From NCBI GenBank assembly GCA_050015395.1, contig JBEKBM010000004.1, positions 1 through 64,000 on the forward strand: a DNA stretch of 64,000 nt, written 5' to 3'. How positions within the stretch are numbered: position 1 is the stretch's first letter; each line of letters starts with the position of its first letter. This DNA comes from Candidatus Bathyarchaeia archaeon. Its GTDB lineage: Archaea > Thermoproteota > Bathyarchaeia > Bathyarchaeales > Bathycorpusculaceae. Both the position numbers and the translations under genes were made by a program. This document shows positions 37,151 to 46,878 of the stretch, one piece after another. Below the pieces are notes generated by a model. It was not told where the DNA came from. It did no database searches and was given only the letters and a program-made list of their open reading frames with translations.

Positions 37151-38257
37151 TTGACAAAACTTCCGCACAGAATTCTTGAAGAAGCGCAAAAGGCTGGCAT
37201 TGAACCAAACGACAAGAACCGTTCAGGCACCTATTTCCACTTGAACCAAACAACCGTCCAGACAGCAGTCAACCAGCTTTTCGAAGGAAAAATCGAGCTA
37301 ATGGACATTAAGGATGCCCTGAAAAAGTACTCCTGGCTCAACGATTATATGTGGAAAATAATTGACCAGAACAAGGACGAGTACACCAAAAGAGTAGCTG
37401 AGGACTACAGCGGAGGTTACTTCATACGGATACTTCCAGGCGCCGAAGTGGAGTTTCCTCTCCAATCATGCCTCATGATCACGCAGAAGAATCTTGAACA
37501 ACGAGTGCACAACATCATAATCGCCGAGGAAGATTCAAATGCACACATAATCACCAGTTGCCTTCAGCACTCAACGGTTGAAAACGCATCGCATCTAGGT
37601 GTATCAGAAATCTATGTCAAAAAAGGTGCTATGCTCAACTTTACGATGATCCACCAATGGAGCGAGAACACTTTGGTACGACCTAGAAGCGCCGCCGAAA
37701 TAGCTGACAAGGCCACATTCGTGTCGAACTACGTATGCATGCGCCCCGTCATGGACATACAAATGTATCCGGCAGCGTACTGCAAAGGCGAAGACTCACG
37801 GGTAAGCTTCAACAGCATCTTGTACGGGCACAAAAATTCGCAGTTGGACATTGGATCCAAGGCTGTTCTGACTGGAAAAGGAAGTAAAGCAGAGATGATT
37901 AGCCGCGCCATCTCCCGTGAGGGCTCAAAAATGACAATCAGAGGCATGATAGAAGGTGACAGTTCAGACTGCAAGGGCCATTTGGAGTGCCGTGGCTTGC
38001 TCATGGATAACGAATCGTTCATGGAATCCATACCTGAACTAATCGCAAAAAAGAAAGGCGTAGAGATAACTCATGAGGCAGCAGTGGGAAAAATCTCGGA
38101 AAAAGAAATTACCTATCTCATGACACGAAAACTATCGCGCGACCAAGCCGTTTCGCTGATCATACGCGGTTTCATGGATGTAGGTATACTTGGCCTGCCA
38201 GACACTCTTAACGCAGAGATCAAGAAAATAGTAGAAGCCTCTACAGAAAACACATAG
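37151..38257 (+). CDS. sufB: SufB/SufD family Fe-S scaffold (SmsB type)
   Basis: PLQSC, HNIIIAE, GHLEC.GL, PEL, THEAAVGKI...YLM.R. Confidence 0.9.
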   Translation: MTKLPHRILEEAQKAGIEPNDKNRSGTYFHLNQTTVQTAVNQLFEGKIELMDIKDALKKYSWLNDYMWKIIDQNKDEYTKRVAEDYSGGYFIRILPGAEVEFPLQSCLMITQKNLEQRVHNIIIAEEDSNAHIITSCLQHSTVENASHLGVSEIYVKKGAMLNFTMIHQWSENTLVRPRSAAEIADKATFVSNYVCMRPVMDIQMYPAAYCKGEDSRVSFNSILYGHKNSQLDIGSKAVLTGKGSKAEMISRAISREGSKMTIRGMIEGDSSDCKGHLECRGLLMDNESFMESIPELIAKKKGVEITHEAAVGKISEKEITYLMTRKLSRDQAVSLIIRGFMDVGILGLPDTLNAEIKKIVEASTENT

Positions 38258-38399
38258 CAACGCATGGCAGTTTAGTCAAACAAAAAAGCGAGCAATAAAT
38301 GAAGTAGAGTCTCTTGCGCACCAATATTTTATTTTTACGGCTATAAAAATAGCGGCTCGGCTCGCGAAAATTTAAAGAGAGCCATTTAGGAAAGATAAG

Positions 38400-38502
38400 T
38401 GGCGCCCAGGCCGGGATTTGGACCCGGATCAGGCCACGATTTTGTTCGTGATGTCCTGCGGGCGACAGCCGCATATACTAGACCGAACTATACTACCTGG
38501 GC
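38400..38502 (-). tRNA. tRNA-Asp(GTC) with a 25-nt intron at 48/49 (38428-38452), CCA encoded
   Basis: acceptor GCCCAGG/CCTGGGC-G-CCA; anticodon arm TGCGG-CTGTCGC-CCGCA; strict BHB (CAGG/CCTG, bulges ACA and ATC); T-loop reads TCCAAAT. Confidence 0.9.
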
Positions 38503-38682
38503 TATCTGTATGATGGCCTAAGCGCCGCATCAATACACGATAATTTAACTAATTAATCTTTTCTCGGAAATGATGTTGAACAGTTTGTTAGAAAACCTCT
38601 CTTTCAGCTTGCTGTCTTTAAAGGGTGAATTAGCGGCAATTTTAATATGCCACAGGTTATTTATTGATGAAATTGAGGGTAG

Positions 38683-40596
38683 GTGAAGAGGGTAATAAAG
38701 AGCACTGCTTACTCAGCGGTTCTGCAAAAATACTGGATCGCAATATTGCTATTGCTGCTGGCTTTAGCGTCGTTTCCCTCAGTTTACGTCGCTCTCTTAA
38801 CCGCGTTAATCTTCACTTTTCTGGTTCCAGGCTTGATTTTCTACCGGTTTTTCTCGTTGAAATCTCATGAAATATGGGCTTTTGTGCCTATTTTCAGCGT
38901 TTTAGTCTCTGTCCAATTCATTTACTATTTATCGTTGGCGTTTGGCTACTCGCGGGACACAATTCTCTTTAGCTTTCTCGCTTTAGTAGCACTCTACACG
39001 CTGGTGGTTTACAAGAAAGGCGAACCGTTAAAGCCTCCAAAGTTTCTCAAGCTAAAACAGATTAAGAAAACAAGCCTTCTGCTTTTCACCATAATTTTCC
39101 TCATTTCCCTTGTTGTTCTGGTCAAGAGCGTGTGGGTTGGCAATCAGTATGGTATAGTTTTGACTGGTTCTAACTGGCAAGATACACCTTTGCATTATGA
39201 GATAATTGAGAGTATAAACAACGGTAATTTTCCGCCGCAAATGCCCAATTTTGCAGGGCAGCTGGAGACTTATCATTACTTTGTTGATTTTCACACGGCC
39301 ATAATGGAGAAGGTTTATGGTTATTTGCCGACTCTTTTGCCTGTTTTAAACGCGGTTTTCATACTTGTTTTTGCCCTCGCAATTTACGCTTTAGCAAGGC
39401 CGAATGGAAGGCGCGCCGCAATAATTGCCACTGTTATCGCCACGTTCGGTTGGGGGTTGAGCTACTTTGGGCTTTTTTCCGCGTTGCTCCACGGGTCCTT
39501 TAATGTGAACCAAAATTACATTTACCAGTATGGCGGCACGTTTGGTTTGCCCTCGATATTTGACAATTTGCTGCAGCAGAGACCTCTTCTAATGGGTTTG
39601 CCAGCGTTTGCGTTTGTTTTAGCCTTGCTATGGAACATGGATGACAAAAAAAGAATGCTGTTAGCTGGCGTCATCACTGGTTTAGTGTTCGAATTTCATA
39701 ACGTGGCATTCCTTTGTTGCTACGTCGCCTTCTTTGTCGCCATTTTATTTAACTTTAAACGCTCCAACATTAGAAGTTGCCTGTACTTTTTGGTGCCAAG
39801 CGTCTTCGCGCTACCTTTTATTTTACATAATGGACCTCCACTATCAATTACGCTAAGCACTGTTTGGATAGCTAATTTCGCGAAGGACCCGTTTACTTAT
39901 TACTTTTTATGCTTGGGTATTCCCTTCGTTATAGCTATTGTTTCTTTTGTGAAACCTGGAAACGAGCTTCTGAAAGGAACGTTTCTCTTGTTATTCCTTG
40001 TTCCCAACATTCTTTTGTTGACGCCTAACCCGTGGGACATGTACAAATTCTTCATTTTCGCGTGGATTCCAATAGCCGTACTGGCTGGCGTAATGTTGGC
40101 TAAGACAAGAAAAGTCCTCCTTTTAACACTGGTCCTGCTTTGTATTCTAACTTCGGCAAGCGTTATCATCTATAATGTTGGAACAAATTATACAGCGGCA
40201 AGCTGGAATGAATATCAGCTTGGGCTTTGGGTGCGGAATAACACGCCTGAGCGTTCTGTCTTTTTAACGTATTATTCTATTCAGACGCCTGTAGCGTTTA
40301 TTGGTGGCAGATTGACCGTGTCATCTTACATAAATTGGCCTTATGGACAAGGAGTACCGCTTAGTGAAATTTACCAACGAGACGCCGCTATTGATAGTGC
40401 ATACAACGGGACTGCAAGTGACTTAAAGGCGGTTATACTCGAGTACAATGTTACTTACGTGTACGTGGGGGTTGATGAGCTGAGCCATTATCCTGGTTGC
40501 GAGGCAAGATTTGATAATATAACTTGGTTGACGCCGGTTTACACCAACCAAAACCTAGAGATATACCAAGTAAATTTAGCCCAGATGGGCACTTAA
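38683..40596 (+). CDS. polytopic membrane protein, GT-C glycosyltransferase-like
   Basis: many TM helices; WQD...H, FPP..P.FAG...YHYF; C-terminal YVYVG..E soluble domain. Confidence 0.7.
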   Translation: MKRVIKSTAYSAVLQKYWIAILLLLLALASFPSVYVALLTALIFTFLVPGLIFYRFFSLKSHEIWAFVPIFSVLVSVQFIYYLSLAFGYSRDTILFSFLALVALYTLVVYKKGEPLKPPKFLKLKQIKKTSLLLFTIIFLISLVVLVKSVWVGNQYGIVLTGSNWQDTPLHYEIIESINNGNFPPQMPNFAGQLETYHYFVDFHTAIMEKVYGYLPTLLPVLNAVFILVFALAIYALARPNGRRAAIIATVIATFGWGLSYFGLFSALLHGSFNVNQNYIYQYGGTFGLPSIFDNLLQQRPLLMGLPAFAFVLALLWNMDDKKRMLLAGVITGLVFEFHNVAFLCCYVAFFVAILFNFKRSNIRSCLYFLVPSVFALPFILHNGPPLSITLSTVWIANFAKDPFTYYFLCLGIPFVIAIVSFVKPGNELLKGTFLLLFLVPNILLLTPNPWDMYKFFIFAWIPIAVLAGVMLAKTRKVLLLTLVLLCILTSASVIIYNVGTNYTAASWNEYQLGLWVRNNTPERSVFLTYYSIQTPVAFIGGRLTVSSYINWPYGQGVPLSEIYQRDAAIDSAYNGTASDLKAVILEYNVTYVYVGVDELSHYPGCEARFDNITWLTPVYTNQNLEIYQVNLAQMGT

Positions 40597-40673
40597 ATTG
40601 CATGCAACAGAAAACCTTGTTATTCTTCACGTGGTTGTTCGCTACTGGAGCTTGGGCATTCTAAAAACCGCTC

Positions 40674-41234
40674 TTATTCACTTTCTTTGCTTTCACTGCT
40701 TGACGATTTAACGGAGCTGTTTCCTCGGAACACATAATTTAACTCTTGCAATCTTTCCCTGTTTGGAGAACCCTTTTTGCCCGTCATGTACTCGATGTCG
40801 ATTCTGCCAATCGTTGTCTTCTCAAGCTTCTCAGGTTTAATCTTAGCCAGCTTCATCTCGGGATTAAGTGAAAGTTGCCGTACTATCACTTCAATTGCGT
40901 GCTGCTTCTCGCCCAATTCGTCGATTAGATGCATTGTGCCTGAGAAGTGGACAGAGGTGTAAACGTAGTCGCACTCGTCAGTGACGCCGAAATCCAGCAC
41001 AGCCTGCCCCCAAACCCTATTGTTCGCTTTTAGGTAAACGAGTTTTTTGCCTTCAGGAGCACAGTGAAAATACACGCAGTTTTTTGTTTCATCATAACCA
41101 TGACTCAACGCAACGAGGTAGGGCTCGTTATCCATGCAGAGGGCAACAGTAACGTATTTGGTGGTTTTCAGTACTTGCCGTAACTCGTTTGGATCAGTGA
41201 TTTCTCGGTCTTTGCGTCGAACATGAAAAGACAT
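40674..41234 (-). CDS. pyridoxamine 5'-phosphate oxidase family (NimA-like) protein
   Basis: RRKDREI, PY.V.L, YFHCA.EGKK, YTSV, MTGK. Confidence 0.88.
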   Translation of the reverse strand: MSFHVRRKDREITDPNELRQVLKTTKYVTVALCMDNEPYLVALSHGYDETKNCVYFHCAPEGKKLVYLKANNRVWGQAVLDFGVTDECDYVYTSVHFSGTMHLIDELGEKQHAIEVIVRQLSLNPEMKLAKIKPEKLEKTTIGRIDIEYMTGKKGSPNRERLQELNYVFRGNSSVKSSSSESKESE

Positions 41235-41384
41235 ACTTCACCGTTAAGTAGCAAGGCAATATTAACTTTTAGAGTTTCATTAGCTTCAGCTTGTGGTTGG
41301 TGTTAGCTCTTTGGGTTTTGGAGAGGCATTCCGTGTCAGGGGGCAGATTGAAACTGCTTCAGCAGGATATAAATTTATAAGGCT

Positions 41385-41406
41385 TGTAATACAAATATGT
41401 ATTACA
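41385..41406. promoter_or_regulatory. probable TA autoregulatory operator
   Basis: perfect inverted repeat TGTAATACA-AATA-TGTATTACA between TTTATAA and the antitoxin start. Confidence 0.65.
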
Positions 41407-41413
41407 GTGATCT

Positions 41414-41641
41414 GTGATGAGTGACGTTATTACTATAAGGGTTCCACGCAAAACTAAAGAGAAACTAAAAAAATATAATGTCAACGTTAGCGAGACAGTA
41501 CGAAAAGCGCTTGAGGACTGCCTCAACGAAATGGAACAGAAGGACTTGGAAGAGAAACTAGAGCAAGTCAAACGATTAGGTGACAAAATAGACACTCAAT
41601 TATTAACTAAACTTATACGCGAAGACAGGGAAGCCCATTGA
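41414..41641 (+). CDS. RHH-type (VapB-like) antitoxin
   Basis: VITIRVP..TKE.LKKYNVNVSE.VRKALE...IREDRE; overlaps vapC. Confidence 0.85.
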   Translation: MMSDVITIRVPRKTKEKLKKYNVNVSETVRKALEDCLNEMEQKDLEEKLEQVKRLGDKIDTQLLTKLIREDREAH

Positions 41642-42078
41642 AGTTTCTTCTTGACGCCTCAGCAATGCTGCCCATCGTAACCCGAAGCGGAAAAAAATTA
41701 ATTGCAGACGCTGCCCAGGCAGACTTTATCACTACTGATTTGGCAATTTATGAGGCATGCAATGGTCTTTGGAAACTGTCAACGCTTCTGAAAACGATTA
41801 GCCTTGAAAACGCCCAAGAAATAGTGGAATTACTAAATGAGCTAACAACCAAAAACTTAATCCAAACAATAAACTTTACAACCATAGACCTACTCAGTAC
41901 ACTTAACCTGGCGCAAACAAACCACCTAACATTCTACGACGCATCATACATTACAGCCGCACAAAACATCAAAGCAACTCTCGTAACGGAAGACAAAAAA
42001 TTATTCAAGACCGCAAACAACTACGTTAAGACAATGTCCGTTGCTCAGTTAGAAAAAGAATTTGCTAACAGCACATAA
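41638..42078 (+). CDS. vapC: VapC family PIN toxin
   Basis: LLDASA, YEACN.LW, LTFYDASY, LVTED. Confidence 0.9.
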   Translation: MKFLLDASAMLPIVTRSGKKLIADAAQADFITTDLAIYEACNGLWKLSTLLKTISLENAQEIVELLNELTTKNLIQTINFTTIDLLSTLNLAQTNHLTFYDASYITAAQNIKATLVTEDKKLFKTANNYVKTMSVAQLEKEFANST

Positions 42079-42092
42079 CTCAAGCTTTGGGT

Positions 42093-42166
42093 AGTGATTT
42101 CTCAGTCTTTATGCCTTAAATGAAACGACAGGCCTTCAAGTGAGTAGCCGAAACAATTTAACCTTT
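42093..42166 (-). pseudogene. decayed duplicate of the 5' end and upstream region of the 40674-41234 gene
   Basis: reads (L)SFHLRHKD*EIT vs MSFHVRRKDREIT; similarity to 41196-41270 continues upstream. Confidence 0.65.
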
Positions 42167-42355
42167 AACCTTTCGAATCCGCCAAAATAGCATAGCGGTA
42201 AAAACGTGCATACATGGTTAAGCATGCAGGCCTAAACCGAGTTAGCGCTCAGTAATGCTTAATATTCAAATAAGAGAATTAGTTTTGTAGGTTAGGCATC
42301 GATTTGAGGATGTGAGATTATTAAGACAGAATCGTTTGATGTTGAGAAAACTGTA

Positions 42356-43606
42356 ATGGAAATGATTTTAGAGGATGATGTGGCAAAGAAGAGGCTGTTA
42401 GCCGAAAAGATTTTTGACGCTGCTTACGCGGAGGGGATTTATCCCGCAAGTATCCATGAATTTTATATGGCTCGTGGCAGGGGCGAATTCGCTGGTTTCA
42501 CAGTTCCCGCGATAAATTTGCGGAGTATGACTTATGATTTGGCTCGTGCAATATTCAGGGTTGCAAATAAAAATGATTCTGGCGCTTTCGTCTTTGAGAT
42601 TGCCCGCTCTGAGATCGGTTATACTAATCAGCCGCCGATCGAATTCGCAAGCATGGTTATGGCAGCAGCGATAAAAGAGGGCTATTCCGGTCCAGTCTTT
42701 ATCCAAGGAGACCATTTCCAAGCCAACGCAGCCAAGTACAAAGAGAATCCCAATAAAGAAATTGAAGGCTTGCAAGCTTTAATTGAGGATGCGGTTAGTT
42801 CAGGTTTCTTAAACATCGATATTGACTCATCAACACTCGTCGATTTAACCAAACCAAATTTTAAAGAACAACAGCTCCTAAATTATGAAGTCTGCGCAAA
42901 ACTCACTCAGTTTATCCGCCATCTTGAGCCGAAGGGGATCACGATTTCGGTGGGTGGAGAGATTGGCGAGATTGGGCATCAAAATTCGACACCTGAAGAC
43001 CTGCACGTCTTTATGGACGGCCTCAAAGACAAGATGGACAAGGGTGTGGTTGGCATTAGTAAGATTTCAGTTCAGACGGGAACAACTCATGGCGGCATTG
43101 TCCTACCTGACGGGTCAATCGCGCAAATCATGCTTGACTTTAACACGTTGAAGACTCTTTCTGAGATTGCCCGCAGAAAATATGGGCTGGCGGGAGCTGT
43201 TCAGCATGGAGCGTCAACCCTGCCTCCTGAGGCATTCCACAAGTTTGTCGAATGCGAGACCGCTGAAGTACACTTAGCCACAGAGTTCCAGAACATGATT
43301 TACGAATCAAAGCATTTCCCAGCTGATCTAAAGAAGAAAATATATGCATGGCTAAAAGTCAATGCCATAAACGAGGCTAAGCAAGGCGAAACTGAAGATC
43401 AATTCCTCTACAAGACCCGAAAAAAAGGGTTAGGCCCTTTCAAGAAAGAAATTATGAGACTGCCACAAGAGACGCGCGATGCAATTGCGGCTGAAATCGA
43501 GACAAAGTTTGATTTCCTCTTCAAGCAACTCAACATCGTAAATAAGCGAGATCTATTGAATAAATACGTACACGCCCCATCAAGCAAAGAAAACCGTATA
43601 CCATAA
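42356..43606 (+). CDS. class II fructose-bisphosphate aldolase family protein
   Basis: TVPAINLR, GPVFIQGDH, DIDSS, GGEIGEIG, GTTHGG, VQHGASTL. Confidence 0.88.
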   Translation: MEMILEDDVAKKRLLAEKIFDAAYAEGIYPASIHEFYMARGRGEFAGFTVPAINLRSMTYDLARAIFRVANKNDSGAFVFEIARSEIGYTNQPPIEFASMVMAAAIKEGYSGPVFIQGDHFQANAAKYKENPNKEIEGLQALIEDAVSSGFLNIDIDSSTLVDLTKPNFKEQQLLNYEVCAKLTQFIRHLEPKGITISVGGEIGEIGHQNSTPEDLHVFMDGLKDKMDKGVVGISKISVQTGTTHGGIVLPDGSIAQIMLDFNTLKTLSEIARRKYGLAGAVQHGASTLPPEAFHKFVECETAEVHLATEFQNMIYESKHFPADLKKKIYAWLKVNAINEAKQGETEDQFLYKTRKKGLGPFKKEIMRLPQETRDAIAAEIETKFDFLFKQLNIVNKRDLLNKYVHAPSSKENRIP

Positions 43607-43837
43607 CATTCGAGCGGCACCCATGTAAAGACTGTTACTAGTCTTTCCCTTTTTTCATTCGTCCCATAATTCTCTGACAATGAACCCCTACATTCTTCTA
43701 ACATTGTCATAATTTCCCTTATAACGACCTTTGCAACTCCAGTTAATCTGCTCAATAGAAAAGCGGTAATTGAAGGAAAACTCGATGGAAAAGAAACGTT
43801 CTTGATCAAGATCATGAAAACTGCAGTGAAAGCAGGG

Positions 43838-44932
43838 CTACTCTGGTAGAGGTTCCTTCTTAATTGCCTCCGATAAAAGAGCATCGGCAACACGATATTT
43901 TCCTTCCTTTACCGATACTATTCCCGTCTTCATCAAGTTTTTCAAAACGGTTGACGCCACATGGCTTGTCACCGATTTCTGTTCCTTGGATTCGAGAACA
44001 GCTCTTGTCTGTGACCAACTTGCTTCGTTAACTTTCACCAGAAAATTCAGAACAACTGCGTAACGTCTTGACAAAGCAGTCATCTTAAGAACTTCTGCCC
44101 GCACCAATTCCTTTGCCTTAGAAGCCACCTCATCGACAATCAGGCTCGAAGATACATTGCTTTCCTTGCATCTGACGCCAAACATAGTAAGCCAACCTGG
44201 GACGCCGTCCAGCTTTTGAACAGCATAATTTAAAACATCTAAAGAAGCCGACATCTTGATCTGCCTGAAACCTTCAGCTAGGAAGTCCATAGCCTCGTTG
44301 GCGGAAAAATCCTTCATTTGAACCTGAACGTAATGTCTGCCGAACAGCGGAGAATCAGGATTATCAAAACCCAAGAAGTCAAATAAAACCCCAACCTCCG
44401 ATCCAGTTACAACTATTGGGACGTTGCGGTAGGTGTCAGCAACATGAGCAAGAAAGCCAAGCATCCATTTGTCGCCGCGAATTACCTGAATCTCATCGAA
44501 GGCAATTACGAACTCCATGTGCCTATCCGTAGCCCACTTATTAATTTCCAAAAAAAGTTCACCAAGGTCTATTCCTGCTCTGCCCCATTGAAAACTAAGC
44601 TCGTTACCTAAGATGGATACACCCCTAAGATGTTTCAACGCGCCTGTTAGGTCAGAAAACCATTTCCGGTCTATCTGTCTGAAGGCGGCCTCAAGTCTGC
44701 GCACGACGTCAGACTGGGAAGGGTTGTAAGGCAGTTCACGTAGGTCCAAGAAGGCATAGGGAAAACCGCTCTCCTTCAAAGCTACATTAACGAAAGAGGT
44801 TTTGCCCGTTCGTCGAAGCCCGGTCACAACTGTCACAGGTGCAGATGAAAGAGCACTCAAGAACTGTTTAAGTTCAGGGTCACGATCGTATAAATCTTTC
44901 CTGTCGGTCTTAGGGTGTGAATCGAAATACAT
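43838..44932 (-). CDS. archaeal AAA ATPase with C-terminal winged helix
   Basis: LYDRD.EL, GLRRTGKTS, AFDEIQ, VTGS, PLFGR, DGVPGWL. Confidence 0.9.
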   Translation of the reverse strand: MYFDSHPKTDRKDLYDRDPELKQFLSALSSAPVTVVTGLRRTGKTSFVNVALKESGFPYAFLDLRELPYNPSQSDVVRRLEAAFRQIDRKWFSDLTGALKHLRGVSILGNELSFQWGRAGIDLGELFLEINKWATDRHMEFVIAFDEIQVIRGDKWMLGFLAHVADTYRNVPIVVTGSEVGVLFDFLGFDNPDSPLFGRHYVQVQMKDFSANEAMDFLAEGFRQIKMSASLDVLNYAVQKLDGVPGWLTMFGVRCKESNVSSSLIVDEVASKAKELVRAEVLKMTALSRRYAVVLNFLVKVNEASWSQTRAVLESKEQKSVTSHVASTVLKNLMKTGIVSVKEGKYRVADALLSEAIKKEPLPE

Positions 44933-44948
44933 GTATAGGTACCTATAC
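44933..44948. promoter_or_regulatory. perfect 16-bp palindrome abutting the ATPase start codon
   Basis: GTATAGGTACCTATAC, with further TATAC half-sites to 44967. Confidence 0.55.
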
Positions 44949-44986
44949 TGAGTATACCTCCCTATACTAAAAAACTTTCCCTCGCA

Positions 44987-45064
44987 CTAAAGGTCAAGTT
45001 CGTCTTCTCTGTCTGCGAAGTCTTCGCCCGTCACGATTGTTCCGTACTTGAACGGGTTAGGCAT
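44987..45064 (-). pseudogene. N-terminal fragment of a second archaeal AAA ATPase
   Basis: MPNPFKYGTIVTGEDFADREDELDL* (NPF...F.DRE.EL signature), GGTGA upstream. Confidence 0.7.
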
Positions 45065-45439
45065 TGTAGTTCACCATCTTCTCCGCTTTACAAAAATGTG
45101 CAACACATTAATGTATATTTTTCGCTTTACATAACTGTGTAACACACATTTGTAAAAGACCCTAACACTGCTTTGCCAGTCAAATGCTTGCTATAGTGAT
45201 GTCAGGATGCTTAATCGGCTCATCTTCTGAGAGAACATCTATAACACCACTTTCGCCTACATGAAGATATACACCACCGCTCATGTTTTCCATTACAGCA
45301 CGGAGCGCAAAAAGTTCGAGGCTGAACTCGAAGACCTAGAGAAAAAATTTGAAGAAGACAAGCGGCAGCGACAGCTTTCGGGGACTCCTCAAGCTTAGCC
45401 TTCCTAATGAAACTAAATTCTGATAATTCGAAATAATAT

Positions 45440-46027
45440 TTAGACTTTGAGAGTTTTTAGCCATTCCAGATAAGTTTCTCTCATTTTTTGCAGGTTTTCC
45501 AGTACATGCACGTCTTCCATGCTTTCAAGTTTTCGGACTTGGTCAGCTTCTTCCTTGCGTACTCTTAGCTTCATTTCTTTGCCGTTTGGAAGTTTCGTGT
45601 AAACGATGCTTTCCTTGTAATCTGTTGGCAGTATGTAAACGGGCACAAAAGCCTTCAAACTCATAATCGCCGAGTTCGTTATCAAAGTGTCACCTATGCC
45701 ATTAACGAGTTTAGCAACCGTGTTTGACGTTGCAGGGGCTATGAGCAAAAACTCGTATTTGCGCATTTGCATCCAAGCGGCAAGAAAAGGAGAATTAGAA
45801 TTAAGCTCAACTTGCACTTTCGGAAAATTCCTCTTCAACTCATCCTCAAGCCTATAAAACTTCAACACAATGTCAGCAGCTTTCGAAACATAAACATCAA
45901 TCTCCACAACATCTTCCGACTGCTTCTTTAAATCCTTCATTACTTCCAATATTTCAGCTATTTTATCGCCGGCACCAGTGATTCCCCACGCAACCTTACG
46001 CTTTTTCGCTTTCACGCTTTCAACCAT
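45440..46027 (-). CDS. afpA: archaeoflavoprotein AfpA
   Basis: VAWGITGAGD, SKAA, NSNSPFL, APATSNTVAK...GIGDTL.TN, PVYILPTD. Confidence 0.85.
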   Translation of the reverse strand: MVESVKAKKRKVAWGITGAGDKIAEILEVMKDLKKQSEDVVEIDVYVSKAADIVLKFYRLEDELKRNFPKVQVELNSNSPFLAAWMQMRKYEFLLIAPATSNTVAKLVNGIGDTLITNSAIMSLKAFVPVYILPTDYKESIVYTKLPNGKEMKLRVRKEEADQVRKLESMEDVHVLENLQKMRETYLEWLKTLKV

Positions 46028-46040
46028 AACGATCAATCCA

Positions 46041-46637
46041 TTATTTTTCTCCATACTTCTCCATGTAAGCTGCAAACCGCTTCACAGTTTTCCTCAAACT
46101 TCTAAATCCTTCCTCATCCAACTTGACACCTTCCAAAGTGTCCTTAGTCCAGAAAGTTGCACCTAAATTAGCGCCAAAAAACCCGCCGCTAACAGGAACC
46201 GCGCCATTAAGAATGTAGAACGTTAAAATCTGCATTAACGCGTTCTCTTGTCCGCCTGCCCTGTCACCGCCCAAAGCAATTCCCATGCCGATTTTGCCCC
46301 TGAAAAAGTCTGGGTCACCCGCCACAGCGGCTCTACAGCGGTCCATTATTGCTTTGGTTTGTGCGCTCACTCCACCATTATAAACTGGCGTAGCAAAAAT
46401 TATCCCCTTAGCGTCTTTTAACAACGCATAGACTTCTTGCATGTCATCTTTGAATGCGCACTCCTTGTTTTTCAGGCAGAAATCGCAGTGCGTACAGAAC
46501 CCAACGCGCTTTCCTCTGATTGTCCAAAAGCGGGTTTCAAACCCTTTCTCTTGGAGCATTCGCAGAGCTTCTTTCAAAACATAATCAGTGGCTTGTTCTC
46601 TTGGGCTTCCGCAAATTCCAACTATCATAAGCTTCAA
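46041..46637 (-). CDS. iron-sulfur flavoprotein (Isf)
   Basis: GSPR...T, CTHCDFC.....C, DDM, TPVY.G, DR.GGQE. Confidence 0.88.
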   Translation of the reverse strand: MKLMIVGICGSPREQATDYVLKEALRMLQEKGFETRFWTIRGKRVGFCTHCDFCLKNKECAFKDDMQEVYALLKDAKGIIFATPVYNGGVSAQTKAIMDRCRAAVAGDPDFFRGKIGMGIALGGDRAGGQENALMQILTFYILNGAVPVSGGFFGANLGATFWTKDTLEGVKLDEEGFRSLRKTVKRFAAYMEKYGEK

Positions 46638-46878
46638 TAAACGTTAACTGTTAATTTGCATTAAAGCATTACTCCAAACACAACAGAAAGACGCTAAACT
46701 TAAGAGCGAAATTTGAAGGGTGAACCGAAATCCTTGATGCGCCTAAGACTTACTTAACTTTTACTTTTGCGATCTCCGAGAGCACTGCAAGTTTTTGTTT
46801 TTCATTCGTTCAATGATTCATCCAACCGAAGACTTATTAACTTTCGCTTAAGTAAATTTAAGGTCAGGTTGAATAACT

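Noticed and set aside
43408-43893. 161-aa minus-strand ORF
   Set aside because: Overlaps both the aldolase and the ATPase and has no recognisable motif.
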